64,000 nucleotides of DNA from Calditrichaceae bacterium (GCA_050173015.1 JBFXLE010000016.1:1-64000); one strand, 5' to 3'. Shown: positions 10,301 to 19,627, numbered from the stretch's first letter. Made by a program: numbers and translations. Notes: generated from the letters alone by a model not told the origin.

Positions 10301-10320
10301 CCCCGCCGGTTATGGCGGGG
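10301..10320 (-). terminator. GC-rich hairpin downstream of sorting-domain fragment 1
   Basis: CCCCGCC-GGTTAT-GGCGGGG flanked by AT-rich sequence. Confidence 0.5.
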
Positions 10321-10383
10321 TATAAATGAAAACCTGTCTCTACGAGCCGATCACGCAAATCACTCAAAAAAAGGCAGGTTTTC

Positions 10384-10722
10384 TTATTTGGCCAGCAGCA
10401 TCTTTTTAATAAACCTTTTTTCACCGGATATAAGCTCATAGATATAAATTCCGCTGGCAACCCGGGCGCCGGCCTGATTGACGCCGTTCCATTTCGCTTC
10501 ATGATAACCTTCGGACAGGTAACCATCAACGAGAGTCGCCACCTTTGCTCCGGTAACGGAATAGATAACAAGTTTCACATTGGCTGCTTCGGGTAAACCG
10601 AATCGGATGGTGGTGACCGGGTTAAAGGGGTTGGGATAGTTTCCCTGAAGCGAAAATTCCGCCGGTACAGAATTGATAGCCATTTCCCGCCTATTACTGT
10701 AAATAAAATATCTTTTTATCAT
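10384..10722 (-). pseudogene. Stand-alone C-terminal sorting domain (FlgD-Ig / T9SS type-A-like CTD) fragment, copy 1
   Basis: FSLQGNYPNPFNPVTTIRF...WNG...VASGIYIY...KKMLLAK; no cargo domain and no complete signal peptide. Confidence 0.8.
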
Positions 10723-10740
10723 TTTACTCCGTGATAATGG

Positions 10741-11172
10741 TTAAAAATTAACACGAATTGCTTTAATTGTGTCTTCCGGGAATCGTACATATAACAAACT
10801 ATCGTTAAAGGAGGAAATGGTATCTCTTTTAAAACGATAGCGTCTGAAACTTGGAAAAATATCTGCCTGGTCCCAGTATTTGGATACATTGATTTGCAAT
10901 TCTCTTGTACATCCTAAATATACCTCCTCAGGGGCTTGTATCATCAAACGCATATCGAAATCATCATCCTGATAATTTCTTAGCTGATACCAGGAAATAT
11001 CTTCCTCCGGATAATAGGTAATCGTCTCCAGTTCTATTGCCGTAACAGAACTATCCCGGGGCGATTCGACTTCATATGTTAGCGTAAATAATTTTTCCTC
11101 AGGATCGGTTCCGGAATCTTTGCATGATAAGAACACAAAAAGAATGCTGAAAACAGCAAATGCATACCTCAT
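10741..11172 (-). CDS. Hypothetical lipoprotein
   Basis: GGAG RBS; signal peptide with FLSC lipobox; acidic mature part. Confidence 0.8.
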   Translation of the reverse strand: MRYAFAVFSILFVFLSCKDSGTDPEEKLFTLTYEVESPRDSSVTAIELETITYYPEEDISWYQLRNYQDDDFDMRLMIQAPEEVYLGCTRELQINVSKYWDQADIFPSFRRYRFKRDTISSFNDSLLYVRFPEDTIKAIRVNF

Positions 11173-11670
11173 AATTTCTCCGCTTTTTACTGATTATTTA
11201 TTTTCCATTTTGCCATATTTGCCTCATGTAAAACCGCAGGGATATTCTGATTTTCTGTAAGTATAACCAATTGTTCGTTTTGGCTTTTTAAACTGCCAGG
11301 ATTGGAATAGCTGAAGCTTCGTCACAATACAAACCTTAGGAATATTAATTAGTGACAGGATAATTTTAATTGAATTTAACAATTTCAGTAACGTCATAGA
11401 TTCTCATTGGTTACTAAAAAATTGAAATGTTAAATTTATTTATTGTACAATATAGGCGCCAAAAATGGTTGTTCTTAAGATTCAGAGCTAAGTATTTGAT
11501 TCTATCAAAACTCAGTATCCAATACGATATGTCATCCTGACAAGAAATATAATCCATGAGGTAAGAAGAATAACGTACCCAATATACATTTCAAAAAATT
11601 TTAATGCAATTTAGTGAAATCATTAATTTATACTACATTTTATTTTAATGACATTCCAATCTCCTTCCAA

Positions 11671-12921
11671 TCAGTTCTCTTTAAATATGGTGATCATATT
11701 GTTCTCTGACTTTATATTTTCAAGGAGTTTAATTACTGAACTTTGATATGTCCTTTCAATGAAACTTTTATTCTGTGGTACATTTATCAAAGTCCCGTTT
11801 TCCATGTTAATTGAATAAATATTTTGATCTTTTATAAACAAAAAGGATTCAACCGAATCGGATTTCATCAATATCGGTCTGTAATCATTAATATTGCTTA
11901 CCCATTGTGGCATTAAATTCTGAGATAACTTAGTAACGATAGATATTCCTTTTTTAGAACTATTATCTTGCAAAATTCCAAACAAAGTGATCTCGTTGTT
12001 TTTAATATGGATTGAGCCTATATCACTATTTCGATATATTTTAAAATATGGACTTGCATTTAAAACAATATTTTGCGTTTCTTCTATTTTCTTATTTTTT
12101 ATATTATAAATGATAGCTTTTGATGTTGTTGCCTCAAACCGATTTAAAATTTGATTTCGCTTTAATTTTTTCCTTTCATCGAAGATCTTTTTCTTTTTGT
12201 CATCTAAATTTTCATACTTTTTTTTATATTCATCCTCTGATATTTCATTAGTGTCGTACTGTAGTTTAAGTTGCGTCAGATCGTGAACAATGTCTCTCTC
12301 TTTTTTGGATATATCTAGTCTTCGTTTCATATATTCAGGGTTTTCTCTCACTTCTTCTTGGATTAAAAAAATCCGTTCATTGTCATACCAATCTGATTCA
12401 ACAAAAGGTATATCGATGATTGTCTTTGTTCTATCTTCTAAAGAAATAATTTCAAGTTTGCTCTCTCCATAATCAGGTAATGAACAAGTTAATAATTTTT
12501 TTTCATCAGGCGACAAACTGTATCGCGAAGAAATTGACTTGGTTTCCCATATTAGTGATCCATTCTTTAAATCGTAAACAAAAATTTGATCAGGTTCTTT
12601 TTTCAGACCATATCCAGCTTCGTGCCCAGAAATTATTAATACATGCAGGCCTAAATTCTCCAAAGGCCGATGATATTTAATATTCCCTTGTGTAAGTTTT
12701 TTTTCAAATAATTTTTTGCCATTCTTGTTATACAGATATGCCGTAAAATATGGATACTCATTCTTTCTAGTATCGATTGTAATATAATTTTTACTAGGTG
12801 TATAGTCATAGATCTCTTGAGTCACGGGGAAAATAATTTCAACTCTGTTTTTTTGCCATTTTCCAGAAATTACAAATGTAAATGATAATATAATGAGAAG
12901 AGTAAATATCTGGTTTTTCAT
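11671..12921 (-). CDS. Hypothetical exported protein, probably beta-propeller-like with a coiled-coil insertion
   Basis: Signal peptide; VYDLKNGSLIWE and LSPDEKKLL blade-like motifs; K/E-rich helical insert; very AT-rich. Confidence 0.75.
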   Translation of the reverse strand: MKNQIFTLLIILSFTFVISGKWQKNRVEIIFPVTQEIYDYTPSKNYITIDTRKNEYPYFTAYLYNKNGKKLFEKKLTQGNIKYHRPLENLGLHVLIISGHEAGYGLKKEPDQIFVYDLKNGSLIWETKSISSRYSLSPDEKKLLTCSLPDYGESKLEIISLEDRTKTIIDIPFVESDWYDNERIFLIQEEVRENPEYMKRRLDISKKERDIVHDLTQLKLQYDTNEISEDEYKKKYENLDDKKKKIFDERKKLKRNQILNRFEATTSKAIIYNIKNKKIEETQNIVLNASPYFKIYRNSDIGSIHIKNNEITLFGILQDNSSKKGISIVTKLSQNLMPQWVSNINDYRPILMKSDSVESFLFIKDQNIYSINMENGTLINVPQNKSFIERTYQSSVIKLLENIKSENNMITIFKEN

Positions 12922-13199
12922 TTATGGCTCTCCCAATTTTAATTCTATTAGTGCCCTATATTTAACGTTCCCAGTTTTATATAAGCCCTGTCGGAAAAAT
13001 ATATGACATCTTGAAATACCTCGCGATGATTCAAAGTCTTTTTGAATTTTTATTTTAATACCTATAGCGGTTATTCATATTTATAAAAATCAAGAATTTA
13101 AAACTTTATCAAAACAAAGAACGATTTTAGGATTAAGTTCATATGACTAACCATAACCGTAGATATTCAACAAGAAAGATAAAAGGTCAATTATTTTTA

Positions 13200-13215
13200 C
13201 GCATTTTCCGTGCCA
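13200..13215 (-). promoter_or_regulatory. Candidate sigma54 -24/-12 promoter
   Basis: Minus strand TGGCACGGAAAATGCG (GG-N10-GC), pointing at the 12921 gene. Confidence 0.5.
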
Positions 13216-13292
13216 AAAATATTTTACAAGGCTTATTTTTTTTATAAACAATAAATTTTGCTCTAATACAGAAATATAGTCCTTTCATCCCA

Positions 13293-13333
13293 ATGTGAAC
13301 GATCGTTCTCATATTGTGAAGTATCGTTCACAT
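13293..13333. promoter_or_regulatory. Tandem imperfect palindromes TGTGAA-N6-TTC(A/T)CA, candidate enhancer (UAS) sites
   Basis: ATGTGAACGATCGTTCTCAT and TTGTGAAGTATCGTTCACAT, 21 bp apart, ~80-120 nt upstream of the -24 element. Confidence 0.5.
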
Positions 13334-13359
13334 GCTGCTGCTGTTTTCCACAAACCTAC

Positions 13360-13661
13360 TTTGGCCAGCAGCATCTTTTTAATAAATCTTTTTTCACCGG
13401 AGATCAGCTCATAGATATAAATTCCGCTGGCCACCCGGGCGCCGGCCTGATTGACGCCGTTCCATTGCGCTGCATGATAACCTTCGGACAGGTAACCATC
13501 CACCAGAGTCGCTACCTTTGCTCCGGTAACGGAATAGATAACAAGTTTCACATTGGCTGCTTCGGGTAAACCGAATCGGATGGTGGTGACCGGGTTAAAG
13601 GGGTTGGGATAGTTTCCCTGATGCGAGAATTTCGCCGGTACGGCGCTGATGGCCATTTCCC
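13360..13661 (-). pseudogene. Stand-alone C-terminal sorting domain fragment, copy 2 (within ORF 13309-13722)
   Basis: 302-nt direct repeat of 10387-10688, 17 mismatches by manual count; normal stop lost. Confidence 0.8.
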
Positions 13662-13705
13662 CGTTTTGCTGTGAAGCAGAACATTGATAATACATCCTGT
13701 ACTTT

Positions 13706-14209
13706 TTATAAAGTATAGTCATCCATTTTTCTTAATGGCATTGGAAATACTGCCCGAATATTGTAATCAGGTTCCAATTTTTTAAATTTTAGCAAATTCA
13801 ATTCTATTGAAGAAAATACAAGGTAACCACTAAATGCGGTAACTCTTGGAGAATATTGAAACTTATTATTCTCTTTATAAAATAAAAACCCAACACCTCC
13901 CCCTTTTAATAATTGTATTTTGTGTTCTCCAATTGGTTCGGTTATGGCGCCAACCTGAAAATCAACATATTTGTATGGAAGAAATGTATCATTATTATTT
14001 TTAAAATTATTTCTATTTCCAAAAGTTATATTATAAAAATAATCTTGCTCAGTGTTTAATATTCCCAGGCTAATTTTAAAACCATAAATAACCCCGTTAT
14101 TAAAATTATAACCGATGCTAATTCCAGGACTGATATATGGAACTATTTTTTGTGAAAATGAAACTTGATTTAAACAAAATAATAATATTAGAAAAAATAG
14201 TTTCTTCAT
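13706..14209 (-). CDS. Hypothetical exported protein, beta-strand rich
   Basis: MKKLFFLILLFCLNQVSFSQ signal peptide; alternating aromatic/Gly strands; very AT-rich. Confidence 0.75.
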   Translation of the reverse strand: MKKLFFLILLFCLNQVSFSQKIVPYISPGISIGYNFNNGVIYGFKISLGILNTEQDYFYNITFGNRNNFKNNNDTFLPYKYVDFQVGAITEPIGEHKIQLLKGGGVGFLFYKENNKFQYSPRVTAFSGYLVFSSIELNLLKFKKLEPDYNIRAVFPMPLRKMDDYTL

Positions 14210-14544
14210 TATGCTGCCTTATTTTTCAAAATTATATAATAGACGAGTGACAACATTTTTTTTATAAATTTCAGATTAATAAACACTAATTACTTTATTT
14301 AGATTTGGTACTAACTCCATAAATCCACTCTCTACGGCTGAAGCAAAAAGATAAAAGATACCCTAAAATCAATATTATTATAAACAGTAGTGATCCGTTT
14401 TCCAAGTACAAAAAAATTAGTGCGGGCGCTCCGGCTCACTGGAGCAGTGTAACTGATTTAAAAATGACCGGATACATATCTATTTGGTAATGGCCATATG
14501 AAAAAGCTCAAATGATTCCTAACCATACCAATCTATATATTACC

Positions 14545-14955
14545 TTTCCCCATCAGGTTTTGACTCTTCCTATCACTTTTTGACCCGCCCTTTCACTTTT
14601 TCACCCCTTCCTATCATGTTTTGACCCGCCCTTTCACTTTTTCACCCCTTCCTATCATGTTTTGACCCGCCCTTTCACTTTTTCACCCCTTCCTATCATG
14701 TTTTGACCCGCCCTATCACTAATCGACCCCTCCCTATCACTTTTTGACCCGTCCCGTCGCTAAATGAACCCTTCCCTCCGGTAATTCTGGCCTCCCCTCC
14801 GTGATTTTACCCTTTCCCGGTCATCTTTGGGACCTTCCCGGCATGTAAATCACCTTTCTTTCTATAATTTTTGGTCTTCCCCGGTGAAAAAATCGCTCCC
14901 GGAGATATGGCAGATCTTCCCCGGCGTGAAGTTACCTGTCCCGGTGCTGATCTCT
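14545..14955. repeat. Tandem array of ~20 units of 20-21 bp with a 41-bp higher-order repeat
   Basis: TGACCCG recurs at 14581, 14622, 14663, 14704, 14745; a YTTCCC-like core keeps the 20/21-bp spacing up to 14936. Confidence 0.9.
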
Positions 14956-14965
14956 AGATGAAGAA

Positions 14966-16219
14966 TCAATCTTCAATGATTGATTTATAAATTTCTTCTT
15001 TAAAATTTTCTTTTTCCATTCGCGCGGCTACCCGGCGGGCATTCGTTTTATAGGAAGGATTATTCAGCAAATCAAGAATTTTTGGTTCAAGGTTTTTTAC
15101 GGAAATTCTGCTTATCTTTATCCCTTTTGGTCCCACACCCATTTCACAGACCATTTTATCCCACACAAATTGATCAATAATATGAGGGATAATCATTGTG
15201 GCGCATCCATATTTTAGCGCCATGTGAGTCGTTCCCGAACCCCCGTGATGAATAACGCCATATATTTTTGGAAGAATCCGGTCATACGAAATTTGGGATA
15301 CAAAATATACCCATTCAGAATCAAATTTCTGCGGTTTGACAAGACCCCCGGATGCGGTATTTATGATGGCGGGGATTTTATTTCGCTCAAGTATTTCAAC
15401 GATTATCCCGGTCATTTCCATCGGGTCGGGATTGGTCATGCTTCCAAAAGTGATAAACAGTACGCGGTCATGTTTTTTTAAAAAATCATTCAATTCCTGA
15501 TCGGAATGCCGCTTCTCATCCTTATTTCTCTGCTGATACCCCAGGACTTTAATATTCTCATTCCAGTAATCCGGTCGAGCAAAAAGGGATGGTGAGATGG
15601 TATAAATAGTTTTGGTTGACCTAAGGGCATCTTTTATTTGTTTCCGGCTTATTTTTCTCTTGAGCCTGAGCCATTTAGCCGTTATCATCACCGTCACGAT
15701 CATCCCGAAACTGACCAATGAAAAGGTCAGTTTATTTAATGTTTCCCCATAATTGCTGTTGAAAGCGATATGCGTATGATCTTTTACATAGTGTATATAA
15801 GGCACCGGGCTCACCAGAATAGACTTACCCGGATGATCTAATCCCCAAATTACAGGATAAATGGCTTTTCCATTGTAGATAATTCTGTCGGGATTTTCAC
15901 CTTCAATTAAGTCATATTGTTTCTTAACTAACTCTTTATTGATTTCCTTCTGCTTAACGGCAAGTTTTACATTGGCCAAAAATTTCTTAAACCCTGATCC
16001 ACTTCCTCCAAGCGCGGCTTTTCCAATATCACTATCCAGCATCCTGATAAATTGTGTTCCCAGTGAAGCAAATTCCATGGCTGAATCCCGCGCGAGATTT
16101 CTAAACTGCTCCGGAAAGGCGCATATTACCCGGTGTCCCTTTTCTTTTAAAATTTCTCCGATTGCCAGAAAAGGCTCCATATCCCCGCGTGTTCCGATTG
16201 AGATTAATATGATCTTCAT
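14966..16219 (-). CDS. Glycosyltransferase, GT1 family (sterol glucosyltransferase-like)
   Basis: GTRGDMEPF, FGSM, IHHGGSGTT and DQFVW motifs. Confidence 0.9.
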   Translation of the reverse strand: MKIILISIGTRGDMEPFLAIGEILKEKGHRVICAFPEQFRNLARDSAMEFASLGTQFIRMLDSDIGKAALGGSGSGFKKFLANVKLAVKQKEINKELVKKQYDLIEGENPDRIIYNGKAIYPVIWGLDHPGKSILVSPVPYIHYVKDHTHIAFNSNYGETLNKLTFSLVSFGMIVTVMITAKWLRLKRKISRKQIKDALRSTKTIYTISPSLFARPDYWNENIKVLGYQQRNKDEKRHSDQELNDFLKKHDRVLFITFGSMTNPDPMEMTGIIVEILERNKIPAIINTASGGLVKPQKFDSEWVYFVSQISYDRILPKIYGVIHHGGSGTTHMALKYGCATMIIPHIIDQFVWDKMVCEMGVGPKGIKISRISVKNLEPKILDLLNNPSYKTNARRVAARMEKENFKEEIYKSIIED

Positions 16220-16319
16220 CTATTCCTGCCTGTATATTTTACCGGATGCGATACCAATATAGGGATTTTAAACTTATTGAGCCATATTCGCTATAAAAAG
16301 CGGTACTGAACTCTGATTC

Positions 16320-16885
16320 TTCTGTCTTTTTTCTTTTATCTTAAACTTCCTACTTCCTACTTCTTACTTTCCGTCTCTTCCCAAGCAAGCAGAAGATCCT
16401 TCTTTCTAAAACCCGCCTCTGGCGGGCAGGATGACAGGTACGGGGGTGCTGCCATTTAAAGGTAACTATCCTCAATATGTCATTCCGCAGGAATCTTCTG
16501 GTTGGTCCGCATACCTGTTCTGACTCTGAAATACAGACGTATAACCATGCGTCTCTACTACGATCTCTTAACTCTTTTTTCTTTTTTCTTAAAATTCCAC
16601 CCGACGCCGGAGGTGTCACACCTTAGTAGAATGGGGGGCTTACGGTAATTGTACGACCCCTACGGGGTCGCAGGATGTTGCGGGGTTTGTTTTTCTACAA
16701 AAATTTCATCCCTTCGGGATTGGGGAACAGGCGTATGAATTATCACTCTTAACTCTTTTCTCTTAACGCTCTTAAATTCTTCCTTCCTACTTCTTACTTT
16801 TTTGCCCGAACTCTTAACTCTTTTCTCTTAACGTTCTGCAATTCCTACTTCCAACTTTTCTTCTTCCTTCCTACTTTCTTTTCCT
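16320..16885. repeat. Composite intergenic repeat cluster: heptamer arrays, AGATCC..GGATGACA / TGTCATTCC..GGAATCT REP-like pair and REPIN-like copy 2
   Basis: Heptamers at ~16320-16370, 16565-16592 and 16746-16885; CCCGCCTCTGGCGGG hairpin; copy of 249-366. Confidence 0.8.
16605..16721. repeat. REP/REPIN-like palindromic element, copy 2
   Basis: CGCCGGAGGTG..GTAG..CGACCCCTACGGGGTCG..CTACAAAAATTTCATCCCTTCGGGATT. Confidence 0.75.
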
Positions 16886-16939
16886 CGGATTTTAAAATTT
16901 TGTATATTCCAATAATCTAAAAATGAAGGAATTTCTGAT

Positions 16940-19627
16940 ATGAGAGTATTATTGGCCATTTTGTTCAGTATTAGTATCGCTGCCGGTCAGATGGCGGGAT
17001 TCACAGAACAGGAAAAAATACAGGGGTACAAATCCACACCGGACAGCGCGTATTTTATTTTTGATGAACAAATGTATGATGTACAGCCTGACCGGGTGGT
17101 GATCGAAGGCTCCTTCCGGGACTGGAATCATGATATGAATGATTCCCGTTGGCATTTAAAGCGGGTTTCACCAAACGGTTTATGGCTTTTGGCGGTCGCG
17201 AATCCCGAATTCTCGATCGTTCCCGCCGGAAGCGTTTTTAAATACCGGATCAACGCGGGCGAATGGCTGTCTCCCCCCGCCGGACCGCCAAACCAAAAAA
17301 GCGGCAATCTTGTTTTCGCGCATCTGGATAGCCCACTCAGACTGGAAGCGGAAATCGCCGGTCCGGAGGATATCCGGCTGATTGTCAAATCGGGAAAAGT
17401 CGATTACAGATATTCGCCCGGTCTGTATGAACTGACCGACTACTCCGGCAGAGCAATTCCCGTCAAAAAGGTTTTTTATGTGGAACCCGGCGTCCTCCGG
17501 ATCATCCCCGCCGAAAAACTCAATATCCGTCGTTTACATTTTTTGAATACACCCTACCAAAAGGACAGACTGACCATTACATACGACGGTTGGTTCCGGC
17601 AGCTAAATTCGGACAAAGAGCTCGGCGCGAATTATGATCCAGACGAGAATGCCACATGGATCCGGCTTTTTGCTCCCAGGGCCGATCTTATTAAATGTTA
17701 TCTCTACCGGGAGCCTTTTGGCGAGGCGGACTCGGTTATCAAATTGATAAGAGATGAGAATGGTGTATGGGAAACCCGTCTGCCGGGAAACCGGGAAGGC
17801 TGGTACTATGATTTCACGGCGCACGGGCCCGATGAACCGGGCAACCGGTTTTATGAATCCAATCCGGTTCATTTTACCGATCCCTGGGGACGCGTGAGTG
17901 TGGATACTTTTGGACCGGCGAGAATCTTTCCAAAAATGACGCCCGCCCCGCCCTTAAAAAATGGCATTCCGGCGATGGAAGATGTGATCGCCTACGAGGT
18001 ACATATTCAGGATTTTACCCGGTTTTTACCGGTGGATGAAAATATGAAAGGCGCGTTTGATGGATTTGTCCTTCCGGGGCTTCGCAATAGTAAGGGAGAA
18101 AAGATCGGTTTTGATCATATTGTGGATCTCGGAGTAAACGTGGTGCATCTGATGCCGGTACAGGAATATCTGCACTATCCGGATGATGAGTGGTCGGAAG
18201 CGTTTCAAAATGATCCTTACATGATCGAACAGGGCATCAGCAAGGAAAATTATCAGTGGGGATACCGCACCTCGCATGCCTTCGCCATAGAAAGCCGTTA
18301 CCGGAAAAAAGGAACCGATTGGGGCGCTCAGAACGAACAATTCCGCGATTTGGTAGCCGCGTTTCATCAAAAGGACATCGCGGTGATCGTCGATCTGGTT
18401 TTTAATCATACCGCAGAAAAAATGGACGGCAGGCAGTATTATTTTAATTTTTCGGCGATCGATATCCCCTATTTTTACCGGACCAATGAACAGCTCGATT
18501 ATCTCGGCGAATACGGCACGGAAACAAAATCCGAGGAACGACCGATGATGCAGCGCTGGATTATTGAGCAATGTACCAATCTGATCAATCAGTATGGAGT
18601 GGATGGTTTCCGCATCGATCTGGCCGGACAAACCGATGAACAGACCCTAAAAGCGCTGCGTGAAGCGGTCGGTGATGATAAAATCATTTACGGAGAACCG
18701 TGGATCGCTTCCGCCGATCCCGATTATGAGAATAATCCTGACTGGGACTGGTATAAAGAAGATTCGCCAATCACATTTTTTCAGGACGACAGCCGCAACG
18801 CCTTCAAAGGCGCGCCATCGAATCCGATGGATAAATTACGTGACCGTGGCTACGCCGGTGGAAACGGCGACCGGGAGAATGTAAAAAAGGCCTTATCCGC
18901 CGGTTTTCCTGAAGACAAAACCGCGGTCTCAGGAATCAACTATCTGGACATTCATGACAACTGGGCCCTGGCCGATCGATTTGCTACCACGGACTGGGAC
19001 GGACGCCGGGGAGTCGATGAGAATCCCTTCAAAATCGCCACCACTCTGTTGTTTACCTCCACGGGTCCCATCGTCCTTCACGGCGGAACCGAGATGATGC
19101 GCAGCAAGGGATTGGCGCCTTTAGAAGAGACTGTCAAATATACAAGGAACGGACCGCTCCATTTTCACGGGAAGCGTGACACTTACAATCTTGCCAACGC
19201 CAACGCGTTTATCTGGGAAAATAAGGGTAAAAATATGGGCAGTGAACCGGATATTCACTGCAACTATGCTGAAATGTATGAATTCTGGAAAGGTCTGATC
19301 GCGTTCAGGTTGAGCGAAGCGGGAAAAGTTTTTCGGATAAAGGAAAAACCGGAGATGGACTACTACCGCTGGATCGAGCCGCAAAACAGCAAACTGCTGG
19401 GTTATTTTGTAAATAATTCCATACTCGTTCTTCTCAATACCGATACGGTTCCCGGGCGGTTTTCAGGGGTGATTTTCCCTGAGGGACAATGGCGGCTAAT
19501 CGGGAACAATGAGCGAATAAACCATGTTCAGGGGATATCCGGCAAAAAAGATTCCGGGTTAAAAGGAGGCCGTTCTCACGATTTGGAAATGGGACCAGAA
19601 AGTTTGAAAATATGGATCAGACACTGA
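16940..19627 (+). CDS. Secreted GH13 pullulanase-like alpha-glucan debranching enzyme
   Basis: Signal peptide; CBM48-like N-terminus; YQWGY, DLVFNHT, DGFRIDLA, YGEPW and IHDN conserved regions. Confidence 0.88.
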   Translation: MRVLLAILFSISIAAGQMAGFTEQEKIQGYKSTPDSAYFIFDEQMYDVQPDRVVIEGSFRDWNHDMNDSRWHLKRVSPNGLWLLAVANPEFSIVPAGSVFKYRINAGEWLSPPAGPPNQKSGNLVFAHLDSPLRLEAEIAGPEDIRLIVKSGKVDYRYSPGLYELTDYSGRAIPVKKVFYVEPGVLRIIPAEKLNIRRLHFLNTPYQKDRLTITYDGWFRQLNSDKELGANYDPDENATWIRLFAPRADLIKCYLYREPFGEADSVIKLIRDENGVWETRLPGNREGWYYDFTAHGPDEPGNRFYESNPVHFTDPWGRVSVDTFGPARIFPKMTPAPPLKNGIPAMEDVIAYEVHIQDFTRFLPVDENMKGAFDGFVLPGLRNSKGEKIGFDHIVDLGVNVVHLMPVQEYLHYPDDEWSEAFQNDPYMIEQGISKENYQWGYRTSHAFAIESRYRKKGTDWGAQNEQFRDLVAAFHQKDIAVIVDLVFNHTAEKMDGRQYYFNFSAIDIPYFYRTNEQLDYLGEYGTETKSEERPMMQRWIIEQCTNLINQYGVDGFRIDLAGQTDEQTLKALREAVGDDKIIYGEPWIASADPDYENNPDWDWYKEDSPITFFQDDSRNAFKGAPSNPMDKLRDRGYAGGNGDRENVKKALSAGFPEDKTAVSGINYLDIHDNWALADRFATTDWDGRRGVDENPFKIATTLLFTSTGPIVLHGGTEMMRSKGLAPLEETVKYTRNGPLHFHGKRDTYNLANANAFIWENKGKNMGSEPDIHCNYAEMYEFWKGLIAFRLSEAGKVFRIKEKPEMDYYRWIEPQNSKLLGYFVNNSILVLLNTDTVPGRFSGVIFPEGQWRLIGNNERINHVQGISGKKDSGLKGGRSHDLEMGPESLKIWIRH

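Noticed and set aside
10387-13661. DGR template/variable repeat pair
   Set aside because: The 17 mismatches are not confined to adenines on either strand, many are synonymous, and no reverse transcriptase is present.
8779-14540. Integron cassette array
   Set aside because: No convincing attC sites (RYYYAAC...GTTRRRY with internal dyad) were seen between the genes and there is no integrase; an IntegronFinder run would settle it.
14545-14955. CRISPR array
   Set aside because: Period is 20-21/41 bp with no unique ~30-nt spacers between identical repeats, and there are no cas genes in the window.
16350-16619. 89-aa ORF on the - strand
   Set aside because: It lies wholly inside the composite repeat cluster and has no RBS or protein-like features.
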